DNA from: an uncultured Chthonomonadaceae bacterium
GTDB taxonomy: Bacteria > Armatimonadota > Chthonomonadetes > Chthonomonadales > Chthonomonadaceae
Direction of reading: 5' to 3'
Assembly: GCA_963835065.1 (NCBI GenBank)
Contig: CAWIEK010000015.1
Location: 87,053 to 151,052 of the forward strand
DNA length: 64,000 nucleotides
Shown here: positions 10,774 to 19,910 of the stretch, in pieces
Layout: every line of letters begins with the position of its first letter
Position numbering within the stretch: the first letter of the stretch is position 1
Notes under the pieces: generated by a model
The model's input: only the letters and a program-made list of their open reading frames with translations
The model's database searches: none
Told to the model about the DNA's origin: nothing
Program-made: the position numbers and the translations under genes

Positions 10774-11772
10774 ATGACCCGATCGGATAAGCGGTTGGGA
10801 ATAGCGGCGGGCGTTTCCCTGTTGCTGAATTTGTTGCTGTGGAGCGCGGCTTCCGCGGTGGCCGTGCATCCCGTGCATTTCCATGATCCAAGCCCCGTCG
10901 AGATTACGCGCGTTGTCATTCAGCCCAACGGCAAGCGGGTCGAGAAGGTGATTAAGAAAGAGCAGATCGCGAAGAAAATGGTTCAGGTGCATAAGGAGAT
11001 TATAAAGCCCCGGCCAGTACCTATCATTCCGCGCGAACGTCCGCATATCGTCGCGCCTGCGCCCCGTCGGGAACGCCCACAGCTTGCGCGACGGACAACG
11101 CCCCGGCCCATAGACCCAAAACCGGAACCGCAAAAACCGGTGACGGGCAATCCCCTTCCGACGCCGCCAACCGCGCACAACCGCGTACTGACCGCGCCGG
11201 ATACCAAAGCGCCCGCCCCCAACGATCATGTCGTCCTGCCGGGCGGCAACGCGGATGTGGGCAAGCCGACCAATCAGCAGGGCGTGGGCAACGCCAAAAC
11301 CAACCCGGATGTTGTGGTGAAAAACGCCGGTTCCACAGCCGGTTCCCAAACCGGAGCCGAAAAGCCGGACGCCCAAACACGAAGCCGAATGCCTGCGCAG
11401 CCGGCAGGCAACGATAAAAAGGATGTGCCCGCGCCGGAACCGCAGCCCAAACCGGAACCGAAGCCCGAACCCATCCCGGAGCCAAAACCTAAAAAGCGCG
11501 GGCCGACAAAAGAAGCCGAAGCGCAGGAGCAAGTAAAGCCCGACATTCCCGACGAACTCAAGCACGGCGATTTCAAGTCGTTCGTGCGCGTGGCCGTAGA
11601 AGTGGATGCGGACGGCAATGCCAGCGTCACGCTGCGCACCTCATCGGGCAATCAGGAGATTGACAGCCGCGTGTTGAGCGCCCTGAAAAAGTGGAAGTGG
11701 AAGCCCGCCCTCAAAAACGGCGAACCCGTCAGCAGCGTACAGCGCTTCAAGTTCGAGTTCCTTGTCGAGTAA
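10774..11772 (+). CDS. tonB: TonB family energy transducer
   Basis: N-terminal TM helix, Pro-rich PEPK linker, C-terminal SSGNQEID...WKWKPA domain. Confidence 0.85.
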   Translation: MTRSDKRLGIAAGVSLLLNLLLWSAASAVAVHPVHFHDPSPVEITRVVIQPNGKRVEKVIKKEQIAKKMVQVHKEIIKPRPVPIIPRERPHIVAPAPRRERPQLARRTTPRPIDPKPEPQKPVTGNPLPTPPTAHNRVLTAPDTKAPAPNDHVVLPGGNADVGKPTNQQGVGNAKTNPDVVVKNAGSTAGSQTGAEKPDAQTRSRMPAQPAGNDKKDVPAPEPQPKPEPKPEPIPEPKPKKRGPTKEAEAQEQVKPDIPDELKHGDFKSFVRVAVEVDADGNASVTLRTSSGNQEIDSRVLSALKKWKWKPALKNGEPVSSVQRFKFEFLVE

Positions 11773-11851
11773 GGACTATGCGCTGAACTTGGAAGGCAGT
11801 ATCCAGCGCAACGCGCAGCATTGAAATGGAGTAAGCCACCCATAAACCAGT

Positions 11852-11931
11852 AAGCAAAAAGAGGGGCAGAAGTTTGTTCGCAGCAAACTTTCGCCGGACG
11901 ATTGCGGCAGGGTCTCAACCGTTGACCAACG
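11852..11931 (-). ncRNA. candidate small RNA, copy 1
   Basis: paralogue of 12095-12170: shared 5' segment, then a different hairpin and TTTTTGCTT. Confidence 0.4.
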
Positions 11932-12094
11932 AGTTTCACCCTCCCCGCCTCACATCGTTTCCTTCGCCTCACGCAATTTTCATAACCTTTATTCAAAATC
12001 GCTGTTTTTGTCGGCGGGCGGATCGTTTCGCCTGTTCACAGGGCAACGTGGCGCGACGCGCAGTGTTTTCATCAGGCGCAAAACAAGCCTGCTG

Positions 12095-12170
12095 AAGCAA
12101 AAACGTGGACGGCCGTTCGCAGCAGCCGTCCACCGGGCGATTGCGGCAAGGCCACAACCGTTGACCAACG
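12095..12170 (-). ncRNA. candidate small RNA, copy 2
   Basis: TGGACG-17-TATAAT promoter directly upstream, internal hairpin, intrinsic terminator. Confidence 0.5.
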
Positions 12171-12172
12171 GC

Positions 12173-12201
12173 ATTATAGCACGTCTTGCCGCAACCGTCC
12201 A
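12173..12201 (-). promoter_or_regulatory. sigma70 promoter of the candidate sRNA
   Basis: minus strand TGGACG (12201-12196), 17 bp, TATAAT (12178-12173), extended TG. Confidence 0.6.
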
Positions 12202-12262
12202 TACGCAATCAAATACCCGCCCGGCAGAATTTATCGGTTTTATTATCAAGAGAGGGAGTTCT

Positions 12263-12547
12263 GTGGCAAGTATAGCGACATTACGCAGATTGATTCGGAC
12301 GGGGTCTTACATCCTTGTCTGTATGCTGGCCGCAATGCCTGCCGCCCACGCGCAAGGCGACGACGACACGCCTTCCCCGGATCAAATCGTTTGGGGAGTA
12401 TCGTGCTTTGTTGTTACGTTTATCTTCGTGTTGCGCTTGTGCCTGCGCCCACCCAAACGGGCGCGTTCCCGCTTTCTGTCGTCACGTTTGCCCCGCCACC
12501 GTCTGCGCCCTGTACCTACCCGGCGCGTGAAAGGAAGAAGACAATGA
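12263..12547 (+). CDS. small membrane protein (signal peptide plus one TM helix)
   Basis: GTG start after GAGGGAG; AHA-Q cleavage-like site, TM helix, basic tail. Confidence 0.55.
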   Translation: MASIATLRRLIRTGSYILVCMLAAMPAAHAQGDDDTPSPDQIVWGVSCFVVTFIFVLRLCLRPPKRARSRFLSSRLPRHRLRPVPTRRVKGRRQ

Positions 12548-12579
12548 GAATACGGATTGCACAAACAAGGAGGGACGCA

Positions 12580-13374
12580 ATGCGTTCACGACACGGGTTT
12601 ACTCTCATCGAACTGCTCATCGTCATCGCCATTATCGCTATTTTAGCGGCGATCCTGTTCCCGGTTTTTGCGCAGGCGCGTTCGGCGGCGCGTAAGACGA
12701 TCTGCATTTCCAACATGAAGCAGATCACCCTTGCCAACCGGATGTACAGCGACGACTACGACGGCTACTTTCCGCGTATTCAGGCCAGCGATGGCAACGG
12801 CGATTGGGAAGTCGTGAGTTGGTACGCCGTTCACTTTTACCAGCAGGCGCTCGACCCGTACATCAAAATGGGGCGCGGAACCGCCAACAAGCAGAGCGTC
12901 TGGTGGGACCCCTCCGACCCTTCCAAGAATATGCCCTACATGTGGGGTTCGTTTGTCAACAACGGCCTGCTGACGTGCAACAACACGAACGAAATATCCA
13001 TTGACAAACCCTCAGAAACAATTTACAGCACCCTGCGCGCTAAAGATTGGGACGTTGTTACCGGAACTGCGCCCCTGCCCGTGCCTGCGCCGCTCGTGGG
13101 CGACCCTTTCTGGACTTCGGAATTCTTCGATTTTGGCGTAGACCCCTACGAGAAAACGGACAAAACAAGTCCCTACTGGTGGAGCAACGGCAAGATATTC
13201 CCGCCCTGCTCACTGTTTCCCAACGATGCCTACTGTCTGGATTGGGAGCCATTGCTGGACACGAAACGCTACGCGAATCAGGCTCCTTACTCGTTCGTGG
13301 ATGGTCACGTGAAAACGCTTCGGTTCGCCGCCACGTACAAATCGTCCGACGACAACTATTGGGATATTCATTAG
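12580..13374 (+). CDS. prepilin-type N-terminal methylation domain protein (DUF1559/H-X9-DG type)
   Basis: [42 protein letters not shown]. Confidence 0.92.
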   Translation: MRSRHGFTLIELLIVIAIIAILAAILFPVFAQARSAARKTICISNMKQITLANRMYSDDYDGYFPRIQASDGNGDWEVVSWYAVHFYQQALDPYIKMGRGTANKQSVWWDPSDPSKNMPYMWGSFVNNGLLTCNNTNEISIDKPSETIYSTLRAKDWDVVTGTAPLPVPAPLVGDPFWTSEFFDFGVDPYEKTDKTSPYWWSNGKIFPPCSLFPNDAYCLDWEPLLDTKRYANQAPYSFVDGHVKTLRFAATYKSSDDNYWDIH

Positions 13375-13477
13375 CCGTGAACACAATTTACTCGACAAGG
13401 TTCCCTAAACGGCGTGGATTGTGCTATACTAAGCAAAGTTTCCGTCTTATAGCCATTGTCGAGGAGTTCTCAAAAAC

Positions 13478-13612
13478 ATGAAACGTACTTTTCAGCCCCA
13501 TAATCGTCGTCACAAGAAGGTGCATGGCTTCCGCAAGAAAATGCAGACGCTGGATGGCCGCAACACGCTGCGCCGCCGCCGCTTCAAAGGCCGCCACGAA
13601 CTGATCAAGTAG
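13478..13612 (+). CDS. rpmH: 50S ribosomal protein L34 (not in the ORF track)
   Basis: [59 protein letters not shown] at 13425-13430. Confidence 0.97.
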   Translation: MKRTFQPHNRRHKKVHGFRKKMQTLDGRNTLRRRRFKGRHELIK

Positions 13613-13794
13613 AACATTCTTCCACTTTTCAAAAAGAACACGTGAAGGCGCTTTGAAAGCCTATTTCAGCCGCGCTATTGCCTCTCATCACCCATGCCAA
13701 AGCGCGTATCTTCGCAAACTATTACCCAAAACTACGTCAAGGCGCGAAAGGGAAACCGTTCGCGCCTTGCGTCCGTAAGGACAAGAAGACGAGG

Positions 13795-13901
13795 TAGGGT
13801 TTTAGGGTTTTAGGGTTCTAAGGTTTTAGGGGAACAGGCTTCGTTAGTCCTGTCGGAACTAAACACTTAAAACCCTAAAACCCTAAAACCCTAAAACCCT
13901 A
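13795..13901. repeat. tandem-octamer inverted repeat (TAGGGTTT)n ... (AAACCCTA)n
   Basis: 4-5 units per arm, directly before the rnpA start. Confidence 0.9.
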
Positions 13902-13906
13902 CTCCC

Positions 13907-14305
13907 ATGCTGCCCGCCAACCAACGTTTGCAGCGCAATCAGGACTTTCGGCGCGTATATAAAAGGGGGCGCGAATACGTGCATCCCCTGGCCGTGCTGT
14001 ATGTCATGCGGCGAACCGGGGAAGAGGCCGTACAAATTCCCGGCAGGCGCGTGGGATTTGTGGTAAGTAAGAAGCAGGGCAACGCGGTTGTTCGCAATCG
14101 CATCAAGCGGCGTCTGCGGGAAGCCATGCGCTTACAACTGCATCAAGTCAAGCCCGGAGCCTACGATCTTGTTTTTGTCGGGCGCGGACGCTTGAAAACC
14201 GCCGCGTGGACCGAAATTCAGGAAGCGGTGGGCGTTCTGTTGAAACGAGCGGGGATGCTGGAAGAGGCAAAAGCGGAAAGTGGAGCGAATGAAGCCGCTA
14301 AGTGA
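13907..14305 (+). CDS. rnpA: ribonuclease P protein component
   Basis: RVGFVVSKKQGNAVVRNRIKRRLRE (RNR motif). Confidence 0.95.
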   Translation: MLPANQRLQRNQDFRRVYKRGREYVHPLAVLYVMRRTGEEAVQIPGRRVGFVVSKKQGNAVVRNRIKRRLREAMRLQLHQVKPGAYDLVFVGRGRLKTAAWTEIQEAVGVLLKRAGMLEEAKAESGANEAAK

Positions 14306-14516
14306 ATGGCCGCGCCGAATGGTCATCGTGTGCATACGCGCGTATCAGGCGACAGCGCCCATGCGCCCCGCCGTGTGCCGCTTTCATCCCTCGTGTTCGG
14401 AATACGCGGCGCAATCCGTATTGAAACACGGCGTGTTTGTGGGCGTGGCGCTGGGAATTCGCCGTATCCTGCGCTGCAACCCGCTAAGTTCCGGCGGCTA
14501 CGACCCGGTTCCCTGA
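14289..14516 (+). CDS. yidD: membrane protein insertion efficiency factor
   Basis: CRFHPSCSEYA...RILRCNP...GGYDPVP. Confidence 0.95.
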   Translation: MKPLSEWPRRMVIVCIRAYQATAPMRPAVCRFHPSCSEYAAQSVLKHGVFVGVALGIRRILRCNPLSSGGYDPVP

Positions 14517-14618
14517 TGTTTGCGCTTCGCATATATTAAGATATATGCGATAACCTTGCTTTTTAATGGTTGCCCTGACGTTGTACGGCAGCCTTGTAAT
14601 GATGCTGAGGAAAAACTC

Positions 14619-15929
14619 TTGAAATTATCCGCGCGAAATTCGCTGTTGAGCGTGATGCTGGTGGTGCTGGCAATGCTGCTGAGTGGGTGCGGGCAGGGGC
14701 CGCAGGGCGATCCGCCGCTCACGCTGGACCATGCGCAGCAATTGGAAGCGACCAATCCCAAGCTGGCCGTCGAAACGTACATGGCGACGCGCAGTGAGTT
14801 CGACAGCAAGGATAAGGAAACAGCGGCAACCGCGCTGTTACGCGCCGCGCAACTGGCTTCCGACCCCAGTCGCTACGTGCTGCCCGCGCAAAAGGTTGGG
14901 CAGAGTCCGCAGCAGATCGAAGACCTGTATGGCGCGGGAGATACCGCCGCCCGCGAAGCGATCCGGCAGTTGGAGCGCAATTACGCCGGAACCAAAGCCG
15001 CCCAAATCGCGCATGACCAGAACCTGCTTACGCAAATCGAACACAGCATTGACGTGCGCAATTCGCACAGCACGTACTACAAAGTGGTAGACGGGCTGGT
15101 ACACATGACCGGCGCGATGCCCGCCTTCAGCTACTGGTTCGCGCTGTTTTTGATTGCCGTGTTCATCAAAGTGATTACGTTCCCGCTGCTGCTCAAAACC
15201 TACAAGAGCGGGCGCGAAATGCAGCGCGTCCAGCCCATCATCAAGAAGATTCAGGCCGAGTACAAAGACAACCCGCAGGAAATGCAGATCAAGACGATGG
15301 CGGCGTACAAGGAGCATGGCGTCAGCCCGTTTGCGTCCTGTGTGCCGGCCCTGGTTCAGATGCCTGTCTTTTTCCTGATGTTTGCGCTGATACGGGCGTA
15401 TGAGATTCACTTTCAGAACGGGCATTTTCTGTGGATCAATCCCACGGTAGCGGCTTCTCCCCTCGGTCAGAGATTGGGTATTGCGCCCGACCTTGCCCAT
15501 CTGGACATGCCGATCCTGATTATGTACGCGGCCAGCATGTACATTTCCATGAAACTCGCGCCCTCGCCCGACCCGCAAATGGCGCAGCAGCAGAAAACCA
15601 TGTCCATTATGATGACGGGCATGATGATCTACTGGTTCATGGTGACAAAATGGGCGTCGGCGTTCCTGCTGTACTACCTGGTGCAGAACATCATTTCCAC
15701 CTGGCAGCAGTATAAATACATGTACAAGCCCAACAAGCTGAACGCGCTCAATAACCCACCCGACCCGCTGCCGTCCCCGAACAAATACACGCCCAAAGCC
15801 TCGCCTGGAGTCCACGACGTGACGTTTGTAGAAACCAAAACCAGTACGGCCACCGCCCCGCGCAACGGCAATGGAACAGCGGCTTCCAACAACAGCCGTC
15901 CGCGCCCGAAGCGGAAAACGCGACGATGA
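14619..15929 (+). CDS. yidC: membrane protein insertase with lipoprotein-like N-terminal extension
   Basis: IKVITFPL, MQRVQP, YKEHGVSPFASCVPALVQMP; LLSGC lipobox; start codon uncertain. Confidence 0.9.
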   Translation: MKLSARNSLLSVMLVVLAMLLSGCGQGPQGDPPLTLDHAQQLEATNPKLAVETYMATRSEFDSKDKETAATALLRAAQLASDPSRYVLPAQKVGQSPQQIEDLYGAGDTAAREAIRQLERNYAGTKAAQIAHDQNLLTQIEHSIDVRNSHSTYYKVVDGLVHMTGAMPAFSYWFALFLIAVFIKVITFPLLLKTYKSGREMQRVQPIIKKIQAEYKDNPQEMQIKTMAAYKEHGVSPFASCVPALVQMPVFFLMFALIRAYEIHFQNGHFLWINPTVAASPLGQRLGIAPDLAHLDMPILIMYAASMYISMKLAPSPDPQMAQQQKTMSIMMTGMMIYWFMVTKWASAFLLYYLVQNIISTWQQYKYMYKPNKLNALNNPPDPLPSPNKYTPKASPGVHDVTFVETKTSTATAPRNGNGTAASNNSRPRPKRKTRR

Positions 15930-15934
15930 AGCGT

Positions 15935-16044
15935 GGTAGACGGTAGACGGTAGACGGTAGACAGTAGAATGTTGGCTCTTATGGAAGGTATCTGCTTCCA
16001 GTAAGAGTTATCTACCGTCTACCGTCTACCGTCTACCGTCTACC
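15935..16044. repeat. tandem-heptamer inverted repeat (GGTAGAC)n ... (GTCTACC)n
   Basis: about 5 units per arm; the spacer is itself a hairpin; lies between the yidC stop and the jag RBS. Confidence 0.9.
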
Positions 16045-16061
16045 TTACGAAGGAGACCACT

Positions 16062-16598
16062 ATGACGGACTTGCACGACGCAGACAGTTTGCCGGACGCG
16101 GAAGAAAGCGCGTTGCAGGCCGGTATTGACCCCGCAACGCTGCGCCCGGATCAGCAGACCGGGTTTGCGCTGATGCAGGAGATTTGCGCGGCGATTGGGC
16201 AGGACACGCGCCCGGTGGTAATGGCGGTACAGGGCGCGTACATGCACGTTGCTCTCGTGGGAAGTGACGTTGCCGCAACGTGGGGGCGCATGGGGCAATC
16301 CTTGGACGCGCTGCAAATGCTCGCCAACATGATTTTATCGCGGCAAGTCGGCAGTGACGTGCGCCTGATGCTGGATGCCGACAACTACCGCGAACGCCGC
16401 GCCGATACGCTTAGAGGTATTGCGCAGGAGTATGCCCGCGAAGTGAAAGAGCGCAACGAAGAAGCGGAAATGGAACCCCTCCCCGCCCACGAACGCCGCA
16501 TCATCCACTCCGCATTGGTAGACGACCCCGACATCGAAACCTACAGCGAAGGCGACGAACCGCACCGGCGGATTGTGATTTCGCCAAGAAGACAGTAG
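16062..16598 (+). CDS. jag: Jag/EloR-family KH plus R3H RNA-binding protein
   Basis: GQSLDALQ, LDADNYRERR, ERRIIH, YSEGDEPHR; position after yidC. Confidence 0.9.
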   Translation: MTDLHDADSLPDAEESALQAGIDPATLRPDQQTGFALMQEICAAIGQDTRPVVMAVQGAYMHVALVGSDVAATWGRMGQSLDALQMLANMILSRQVGSDVRLMLDADNYRERRADTLRGIAQEYAREVKERNEEAEMEPLPAHERRIIHSALVDDPDIETYSEGDEPHRRIVISPRRQ

Positions 16599-16704
16599 TC
16601 GGTAGTCGGTAGTCAGTAGAACAGCTCCTACTCCAACTACTTTCGTAAATGTATAAAGCATTGAATAGACAGGCATTTCTACTGACTACTGACTACTGAC
16701 TACT
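16594..16704. repeat. tandem-heptamer inverted repeat (AGTAGTC)n ... (GACTACT)n, copy A
   Basis: spacer core TAGACAGGCATTTCTAC shared with the 50388 and 51256 copies; contains the jag stop. Confidence 0.9.
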
Positions 16705-16716
16705 TTCTTCTTCCTC

Positions 16717-16745
16717 TTGACTTCCCCCCGATTCTGCCGTATAAT
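16717..16745 (+). promoter_or_regulatory. sigma70 promoter of ssrA
   Basis: TTGACT-17 bp-TATAAT. Confidence 0.8.
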
Positions 16746-16756
16746 AAACTATATCC

Positions 16757-17107
16757 GGGGGTGATTGGAATCGACCTGGTGGATAGTGTTTCTGGTTGCG
16801 AGCCGAGGCGCCGCTGGCCTCGTAAAAAGCGGCAAACCAATAAACGCGAACACTAATCAGTACGCGCTCGCGGCCTAAGTGCTGCGATGTCCGCCGCGCT
16901 CCTGTCGGCCGAGCGTGATCCGGGCATAATTTATGCCGACTTACCGATCTCAAATTTGTATGCCGTTTGAGCGGAACATTAGACGCATTCTAGCGCGCCG
17001 TTAGCCTGGTCCCTGTGGCAGACGGACGCGAAACACAATCAGGGGCTATGCTCGTAGACGCTAGGGGCGCAACGCTGGGCACGCGAGTTCGAATCTCGCC
17101 ACCTCCA
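16757..17107 (+). ncRNA. ssrA: tmRNA, tag (A)ANTNQYALAA at 16846-16878
   Basis: GGGGGTGATTGGAATCGAC 5' end, GTTCGAATC T-loop, CACCTCCA acceptor, tag ORF ending YALAA. Confidence 0.95.
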
Positions 17108-17117
17108 TAGAACAATG

Positions 17118-17160
17118 AGTATCGGCTCACAACAGATTAGGGTTGTGAGCCGGTACTAAT
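17118..17160 (+). terminator. hairpin terminator after ssrA
   Basis: AGTATCGGCTCACAAC ... GTTGTGAGCCGGTACT. Confidence 0.6.
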
Positions 17161-17168
17161 TTGGCTGT

Positions 17169-17309
17169 CTGAACCATGATTTTTCATGATTTAGATGATT
17201 ACCATGAGGCTTCGTCGTCTCAAATCAAAATTTGCCTCATTCACAAAGGGTAAAACAAACGCTTACCCGCAATCATGGTAATCACCTAAATCATGAAAAA
17301 TCATGGTTC
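17169..17309. repeat. ATGATT-periodic inverted repeat, copy A
   Basis: GAACCATGATTTTTCATGATTTAGATGATTACCATGA and its mirror; supplies the aldehyde dehydrogenase stop. Confidence 0.88.
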
Positions 17310-18896
17310 CAGACGATCTTTGCTCAAAGCGTTGTCCACGAGCCGCCAGATGCCGCGCGGGTTGGCGTCCTGCAGTTCGGGCGGCAGAACGTCGGAAGGG
17401 AAATCCTGATAGCAGACGGGGCGGGCGAAGCGGAAGATGGCTGCCGTGCCGACAGAGGTAGTGCGGCTGTCCGTCGTGGCGGGGTAGGGGCCACCGTGCT
17501 GCATGGACGGGCAGACTTCTACGCCGGTCGGGAAGCCGTTGAAGAGCAGGCGCCCTACTTTGGTTTCCAGTACGGAAATCAGGGCGTGGTACTCGCGCAG
17601 GTCGTCGGGAGTGCCGTGAATGGTGGCGGTTAGCTGGCCTTCCAAGCCCTGCGCCACAGCCGCCATTTCGTCAGGCGTTTTGCACATCACGAGCAGGGTG
17701 GACGGGCCGAAAACTTCGTGCGCCAGTTCCGGCGTGTTCAGAAATGTGTCGGCCTGCGTGGAGAAAATCGCGGCATTGGCCTGCGCGAGATTGGCGTCAG
17801 CCAGTGTTGCGATTTCGTGTTCCTGCCGAACGCCCGGCGTAGCCTGCAAACGCGCGATGCCCTGCCCGTAAGCGCTGCAAATGGCGGGGTACAGCATATT
17901 ACCGGGCGCGGCCTGCCCGATCTTTTCCGCCGCCTTGCTCACGAAGCCCGTTATGTCGTCGTTTTGCAGGCTGACGACAAGGCCGGGATTGGTGCAAAAC
18001 TGCCCCACGCCCATAGTCACGGATGCCGCCAATCCTTCCGCGATCTTTTCGCCCCGTTCCCGCAAGGCTCCCGGCAGTACAAAGACGGGGTTCACGCTGC
18101 CCATTTCCGCGTACACGGGAATTGGGCGTTCGCGCTGATTGGCCGCGTCGAACAAAGCGCGTCCCGCGCCAAGCGAACCCGTAAACCCGACCGCTTGCAT
18201 CAGGGGATGCTTCACCAGCGCCATGCCCGTGTCTTTCAAGCCGTGCAGGAGGGAAAACACGCCATCCGGCATACCCGTTGCAGTTGCGGCGCGAAGAACG
18301 GCCTGCGCGGTCAGTTCGGACGTGCCGGGATGCGCGGGATGGGCTTTCACGACGACCGGGCAGCCCGCCGCCAGCGCGGAAGCCGTATCGCCGCCCGCAA
18401 CCGAAAACGCGAACGGGAAATTGCTCGCGCCAAACACCCCAACCGGCCCAAGCGGAATCAACATGCGGCGCAAATCGGGTTTGGGCAGGGGCTGACGGTC
18501 CGGCTGCGCCCGGTCAATGCGCGCGTCCACCCACGAGCCTTCCCGCACAACCGCCGCAAACAGCTTCAACTGCCCAACGGTACGCCCTCGTTCTCCGGTT
18601 AAACGCGCAATCGGCAGCGCGGTTTCCTGATTGGCGCGTTCAAGCAACCCATCCCCAAGCGCGACAATCTCCTCCGCGATCCGCTCCAAAAACGCCGCCC
18701 GCTGTTCCGCCGTCAAACCGCGATAAACAGGAAAAGCGTCATTCGCCAACTTGACGGCGCGATCCACTTCCGCGTCATTGGCTATGTGAAAATCAGGCGT
18801 GAGCGTTTCGCCTGTCGCCGCGTTGGTGGCTGTAATCTTGTCCGTTCCCGCTGAGGAAACGGCGTTCCCGATAAAATTCTGTCCGTGTAGTTGCAT
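17301..18896 (-). CDS. NADP-dependent aldehyde dehydrogenase, alpha-ketoglutaric semialdehyde dehydrogenase type
   Basis: GASNFPFAFSVAGGDTASALAAGCP, FTGS, EMGSVNP, GQFCTNPG, HGGPYPAT. Confidence 0.9.
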   Translation of the reverse strand: MQLHGQNFIGNAVSSAGTDKITATNAATGETLTPDFHIANDAEVDRAVKLANDAFPVYRGLTAEQRAAFLERIAEEIVALGDGLLERANQETALPIARLTGERGRTVGQLKLFAAVVREGSWVDARIDRAQPDRQPLPKPDLRRMLIPLGPVGVFGASNFPFAFSVAGGDTASALAAGCPVVVKAHPAHPGTSELTAQAVLRAATATGMPDGVFSLLHGLKDTGMALVKHPLMQAVGFTGSLGAGRALFDAANQRERPIPVYAEMGSVNPVFVLPGALRERGEKIAEGLAASVTMGVGQFCTNPGLVVSLQNDDITGFVSKAAEKIGQAAPGNMLYPAICSAYGQGIARLQATPGVRQEHEIATLADANLAQANAAIFSTQADTFLNTPELAHEVFGPSTLLVMCKTPDEMAAVAQGLEGQLTATIHGTPDDLREYHALISVLETKVGRLLFNGFPTGVEVCPSMQHGGPYPATTDSRTTSVGTAAIFRFARPVCYQDFPSDVLPPELQDANPRGIWRLVDNALSKDRLEP

Positions 18897-18941
18897 ATCA
18901 TCTTTCTTCTGGAGTCTCTGTGACTGCGCAGGGAGAGTCAG

Positions 18942-19774
18942 TCACTCAACCGTATTGACCAGCGTACCGATACCTTCAATGGTAATAGTAATGTTGTCGC
19001 CGGATTGCAGCGTGAAGGTGGACGGCGGCACGATGCCCGTTCCGGTCAGCAGGAAACAGCCGTTTGGGAAACTGGTTTCGCGGTAAAGGAATTCGACAAG
19101 TTCCTGCGGCGTTCGTTTCAGTTGCGCCAGCGTGGTTTCGTTTTCAAAGGCCGTTTGCCCGCCGCGCTGAATGGTCAGTTTGATGGCGGTGGCAGGCGAA
19201 AGCGGCTCACTCGTCACCAAAATGCCGGGGCCGAGGGCGCAGGCTCCATCGTATACTTTGGCCTGCGGCAGATACAGCGGGTTTTCGCCCTCAATGTCGC
19301 GGGAACTCATGTCGTTGCCGACCGTGTAGCCGACGATTTCGCCCTTTGCGTTGATGGCAAGCGTCAGTTCCGGTTCCGGCACGTTCCAGCGCGAGTCGCG
19401 GCGGATACGGACGTTCTGCCCACTGCCGACAACGCGATAGGGCGGGGCTTTGAAGAACAGTTCGGGGCGTTCGGCCTCGTACACGCGGGCGTAAAAATCT
19501 TCGCCGCCCGCCGTCTTCGACTTCCTCCATACGGGCGTCCCGGCTGCGATAATACGTCACGCCCGCCGCCCACACTTCCTGCCCCTGTATCGGCGGCAGC
19601 AGTTCCTCCGGCTTCAGCGCGTCTTGTATCGCCGACCGAATCCGCCACAAGCCGCGCAACCGTATCGGCCAGATTGTCGCTGTTGAAAACAACGTCCCAG
19701 GCCACATCGCCCAGAGCATAAAACGTATCGTCCACCTGCGCTAAAACGCCGCGCGTGGTGCGGTAAAGGTGCAT
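18942..19774 (-). CDS. fumarylacetoacetate hydrolase family, 2-keto-3-deoxypentonate dehydratase-like (frameshifts near 19510 and 19620)
   Basis: [51 protein letters not shown]. Confidence 0.85.
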
Positions 19775-19791
19775 GATTGTATCCTTGAGGA

Positions 19792-19910
19792 AGGTTTCAG
19801 GTTTCAGGTTTCAGGTGTCAGGAAGGCTGGCATGTTTGCTTTCCTTTTCTGACAGCAAAGTTGAACATGTGGCAGAGTTCCTGACACCTGAAACCTGAAA
19901 CCTGAAACCT
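19792..19910. repeat. tandem-heptamer inverted repeat (GGTTTCA)3GGTGTCA with exact mirror
   Basis: 33-bp perfect inverted repeat; spacer shares TGACAGCAA with the 9428 copy. Confidence 0.9.

Noticed and set aside
12241..12262. SAM-I riboswitch (TTATCAAGAGAGG start)
   Set aside because: The rest of the SAM-I consensus is missing; the sequence is better explained as the RBS of the 12263 ORF.
13375..13477. oriC or dnaA next to rpmH
   Set aside because: No dnaA and no cluster of TTATCCACA boxes seen; the upstream gene is a prepilin-type gene.
13795..13901. A real telomere or eukaryotic contamination
   Set aside because: Internal, short, inverted, and embedded in a bacterial rpmH-rnpA operon with the same geometry as the other hairpin elements.
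17107..17300. Island integrated at the tmRNA 3' end
   Set aside because: No integrase and no duplicated ssrA 3' end; downstream genes are metabolic with host-like composition.
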